This document shows positions 59,601 to 64,000 of a stretch of DNA of 64,000 bases, in pieces (the stretch's first letter is position 1; each line of letters opens with the position of its first letter). Position numbers and translations under genes: made by a program. The notes beneath the pieces are model-generated. The model was not told the origin of the DNA. It worked only from the letters and a program-made list of their open reading frames with translations, and searched no databases. The DNA comes from Hormiphora californensis (taxonomy: Eukaryota; Animalia; Ctenophora): assembly GCA_020137815.1 (NCBI GenBank), contig CM035356.1, positions 1,736,001-1,800,000 of the forward strand. The letters run 5' to 3'.

Positions 59601-61804
59601 TCTGTTATAGGAACAGTGGCACGCCGGCTGATAGCATCTTTTTGTGAGTTTTTTACCCAGCTTTTCCGTCTCGCAGAAATTCTTCTGACATTACGCGACG
59701 TTTTATAATTATTTTAATGATCCTCATATCAGTCTCTCTTTCTACGACACTCCTAAAATACTTGGACATCACCATTCACCCCTCTCTTCTTGTAGTAATA
59801 CCGACATCATATCACCCCCTCTCTTCCCAGTGCGTGTGTGGAGGAGAAGAGATGTAGTAATACTGCAGCGGTATGTGACGTGGTTACTTACAAGAGCGCT
59901 GGTGAGCCCTGTTACGATCAAGGGAGTTGCAATAATGATGGGGTGTGCCTTGACTTTTGTGCTAGTCAGGGTGAGTATAGCTTTAAGTTTGTTCAGTTGT
60001 ATTTTACACAATTCAGACAGCTCCCCTCAATCCTCATTCAACTGGTCAATTTATCTACCCCTAAATCCTGATCTCGGCTCAGTAGTTTACGCCGCTCCCT
60101 CCCTCTCCTTCCAGGTCTAAAGTTATGCCAAGTGAGCTCCGCCCCATGTCACTGGTCCTGTCTCAGTGAGGGTAATGTTTGTGTGGCATCACAACACCTT
60201 CAACCTGATGGGAAGATGTGCCCTAGTGGGGTGTGTAGTAATGGTACCTGTCTGGTGGAGGCCCAACCTCAGGCTAAAATATGGAATCTAATGATCAGTC
60301 TTACACCGTCCAAGTTCCTCAAGTGGATGGGTAAGTTATGTTTCCACGGACATCTCTTTTATTTTCATTTCCATTGCCAAGGATACACCTAACACCCCGG
60401 CCCACATGGCCAAAAACCTTATTTTCTCTTCTCCGACATAGAAGTAGTTACCCTCCTCCCCTCTCCTGAACAAGTAATATTATCTGTCTCCCCTCCACAC
60501 ACCTCTTAGTAGAGTCGATAACTACATCGACCTCTCCCAATTGTTCCAGTTTTTTTTCACATCTGTTTGGAGCCTCGACACGACCTCTAAACAGGTGTTA
60601 CTTTTTCACAAACTGTTTTCATCTTGGTGTAATCAGCAGTTGAAATGTTGCTGATCATAACAAAAACCTGACTAAATTTTTTCAACTTGGGGTAAAACCA
60701 TGGGTGTCAAAAGTTAGCTCTAGGTCCCCTGAGTAACCATCCGGAGACTCCAAGAGATATTTCAAGCCGTTCTCCTGTAATCATTAATCCCGGTAGAGCA
60801 CATATTTGAGTATGGACGTACGTGCAATTGCCTACAACCTCAACTTTAATGTATAACGTTAATGTGCGTCTCTCTCTTTTCTCCCCCTCGAGAAAGAGTT
60901 ATCTCGCGCGGCGCAACCGCACGTGCGGTTTTTCCAGAGAGAGTGAGAGACATACAATAACATGTAAACAGCCTGCCAGCGCTCACGTACGTCCGCATTG
61001 TATTTTTTTCTCCACCGGGATTAATGATTACGGGAGAACGGCTTGAAATATCTCTTAGAGTCTCCGGATGGTTACTCAGGGGACCTAGAGCTAACTTTTG
61101 ACACCCATGGTTTTACCCCAAGTTGAAAAAATTTAGTCAGGTTTTTGTTATGATCAGCAACATTTCAACTGCTGATTACACCAAGATGAAAACAGTTTGT
61201 GAAAAAGTAACACCTGTTTAGAGGTCGTGTCGAGGCTCCAAACAGATGTGAAAAAAACTGGAACAATTGGGAGAGGTCGATGTAGTTATCGACTCTACTA
61301 TCTTCCCTCATCAGGTAATAACATAGTTCTGGTGGTAATCTTGTTTACCAGTATCTTCTGGATCCCCCTGTCCATCTTTGTTGACTGGCTGGACAAGGGA
61401 CAAGATGAAGTGGACTACATGACCATGCGCTTCGAGGTAGGTGTAACTACAACACATGTGTTATTGGAATACGGTATCTATAGTGACCCGATCTGGTCTA
61501 CCAGGTTAGGATTTGCAAAATAAACAGGTTGTTTTATTTTGTGCCACCTGAAACTTTGTGCTGTTGCATAATAATAGTATGAACAATACAACTGAAACTC
61601 TCCAACTCTCTTAAACCCCAACCCAACATCACGTATACCCCCATCTCACTTCAATTTCTCTCTCTACAGGATCACAAGAAAGAGAGGTTAAAAAACCAGA
61701 TGTCAACAGTTAGCTCAAAGAGTTTTGAGCTGAAAACAGCCCTCCTCCCGACTGCCTCCCGAGAACCCACGAGAATCTTTGCAGCTACTGGAGCTAGGTT
61801 TTGA
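56668..61804 (+). CDS. ADAM17: ADAM17 (TACE) metalloprotease, multi-exon
   Basis: Signal peptide; cysteine switch EFCG; furin site RAKR; [19 protein letters not shown]; [12 protein letters not shown]; Met-turn VMFP; NNKAFSPCS; disintegrin [15 protein letters not shown]; CANDIS-like helix; [22 protein letters not shown]. Confidence 0.92.
59000..59395. repeat. ~43-bp purine-rich minisatellite (~9 copies) filling an ADAM17 intron
   Basis: Unit AGGAGAGATTGTTACTTTAACTAGGAGAGATAGGAGAGAGAAAC, starting immediately after the GT donor. Confidence 0.95.
60509..61298. mobile_element. TA-flanked foldback MITE in an ADAM17 intron
   Basis: Near-perfect arms of ~285 bp, GTAGAGTCGATAAC...GTTATCGACTCTAC. Confidence 0.85.
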
Positions 61805-63144
61805 GGATTGTTGTCTTTTCTGACAGTATCAATGGCACTGTGGATATATGAGAACTCTCACTACATACATAAACTCTCACGCTGAGAAATTGTTATTCAG
61901 ACCGAATTCAGTGATGATTTTAGAATTTGTTGGGGTCTATGCTATTCAATTCTTATTCATTACGTGTGTTAGAAGAAGCCATGTCATTATTTTGTAGTTT
62001 AATTTGTTGATGGGCATATTTTTGTTTAGCAAATCAGCTCTGTTGTTCATAATCATATTCATATCAACAACATCTATTGACATCTATCTATTGACATATA
62101 TGTACATCTATTGACATATATGTACTCACATTATATTCGGTGTTAATGAATTTTCTAGTTATACTTGTTTAGGTAAATATCTCACCCTTTTCAAATTAGG
62201 TAAATCACTTTTCAACTATTAATCTGACAATCACAATGAGTTGAGTAATTGTTATTGATTTTGTATTGCTAAGCAATTTGCTTTTTATCTTTTTGAATTT
62301 GGTAAAAACTGTTTTTAATTTTGAACAATTTGACTCTGAAAGACGGCTCTGATCGGGGTGGCGGCGGCAGACAGGCTCTAATGAAATGACATGAATTTCG
62401 ATGTAGTTGCAAGAACTGTTGTAACCCCTCGCCGAATAATCCCGGAGATCTCAACATGCCACAGATATGGTTACTGTGTGCGCATGTACCGAGTTAGTTT
62501 GTTGGCCAAGCCAGTTGGCCATTATTCTCTCTACCCAGTTCATGGTTGCGCAGACCCGGCCATGATATTTCAGCATTGGTAACAAGTTATTTGCGGGCCG
62601 AATGCGCCAAAGAGGCTCGCGAGTGTGGGTGTCTTCGCAACACGGCTCTATGGACTGACGCAATATCTGAATGATTGAGAACTGTAACCGCGGGACGAAC
62701 TTTTTGGCGTCTCAACCACATCTGAGCGCATGTACCGAGTCAAATTCGGTGGCAGACCGTGCCAAACACTGTGACATCTGGAAACGAGGTGAGATCCAAT
62801 GTCAGAACTTTCTATCCATAGCGTAATTGGGTAAACCGGGTCGGGCCGCCAACCAGGGGAACTGTCTCCCCCGTCCTGACAGGGCCATGTCTGACAAACA
62901 TGTCTCGCCCACCAGTGTTCGGAGTAAGGGGAAATGGGTCAGCCCAATTCTGACGCCCCCGGTCAAGTTATTGGGTACTTGTATGTAGTTGTAAACTTGT
63001 AAACCCCCGGGAACCAGGTTACACAATGTAGGGTTGGATTGGAAAAGGAAAACAACATTTATTTTGTGTGTACTGAACTGTAAAAGCATAACCACACACA
63101 ATCACACACCAAAGCGACGACGAACAAATACACGCACAAACACT

Positions 63145-63324
63145 ACAGTGGGGAAGTTTGGTTTTCTCCTTTTGGCTGGACAAAATGAGTAGACAGGATT
63201 TATCACGACATCCTCAGGTTTTTTGTAGAAAAAACCCGTCCAGTCATTTTCTCTAGCCGGAAGGAGAAAACCAAACTTCCCAACTAACTATGCGGCTAAT
63301 AAACAATCAACCGATCCTTTTTCT
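63145..63324. mobile_element. Minimal Penelope-related insertion (two inverted pLTR ends plus tail)
   Basis: Homologous to 15572-15651, including the tail TATGCGGCTAATAAACAATCAACCGATCCTT. Flanked by CAAACACT at 63137-63144 and 63325-63332. Confidence 0.75.
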
Positions 63325-64000
63325 CAAACACTGACGCACACACTTCCGCTTCGGGGTCAATCCCCGAACCTAATAACCATGGCCAAACATGGCTCATTTT
63401 CTCAACCAATCAACATAAATCATATTGATTGGCTGGGAAAATGAGATATGATAATGATTCATCACTGAACTTTATATTCCACAAAATTAAACTTTTTACA
63501 ATAATAGGAAAAATTAACAAACTAATTGATATAATAATAATTACACTGCATCGGGGGCTTATAATTACAGGGAATTATACATACTGTTATAATCAGATAA
63601 GAATATTACGTTTTTACAGTTAATCATATATGTCATTCTCGATCTCCCTATGTCATGTGTGGGTGAAATTAAGAAACAAATAAAACTTTTACAAAACTTA
63701 AAACTATCTCTCCCTATTTCTCATCTTCCCATGATCAGCATCCATCTGGCGGCGCCATACCCCTGCGCTCAGATGGGGTCTGCGGCGCCAGACAGCGATG
63801 AAGATTGAAGGTTCACTTTCAGCTGGATGCTGAGTAAAACTAAATTACACCTAGTAGTAGCATGATACAGATGGTATGATACAACAACAGCAACATCATT
63901 ATTTAGCCAGAGATTTTTCTACATTACTGCACATTTTACACGTCAAAAATTCCAGTTTTTTAATTTTTCTTCGCCATTTTCAAGTTCACTCCAGTCCTTT

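Noticed and set aside
62420-63023. Possible solo LTR (TGTAACC...GGTTACA); a similar hint at ~54100-54768
   Set aside because: No convincing TSD, PBS or PPT could be established by eye.
63200-63220. Hammerhead in the mini-Penelope remnant
   Set aside because: The minus strand has CTGAGGA, but stem II and the GAAA box are missing.

Overview
Intron-rich animal genomic DNA, not prokaryotic. A ctenophore-like invertebrate is inferred from the intronless antisense genes nested in introns, an LRR-less LDLa-GPCR and a sialin-like SLC17. All non-nested genes are on the + strand: ZYG11/ZER1-like (422-9205), GPANK1 (11379-12344), cereblon (18153-20824), a 2-finger Gli/Zic-type microprotein (23678-24317), a VHL-beta-domain protein (33507-34076), NELF-C/D (34476-55734) and ADAM17 (56668-61804). 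Four genes lie antisense inside introns: an orphan 7TM receptor, an LDLa-GPCR, a 4-exon orphan and an SLC17 transporter. A composite Penelope-like retroelement (RT + GIY-YIG, two minimal hammerhead ribozymes, 14-bp TSD, nested Helentron-type insert) sits between GPANK1 and CRBN. Many near-perfect foldback DNA transposons occur (Chapaev-, Tc1-, mariner-, Kolobok- and pogo-like), along with a hairpin-carrying tandem array and a 2.6-kb duplication. Recurrent oddities are tandem duplication of splice junctions in five genes and a 3' splice acceptor just before most start codons, suggesting SL trans-splicing or operons. Exon models were read by eye and are approximate.
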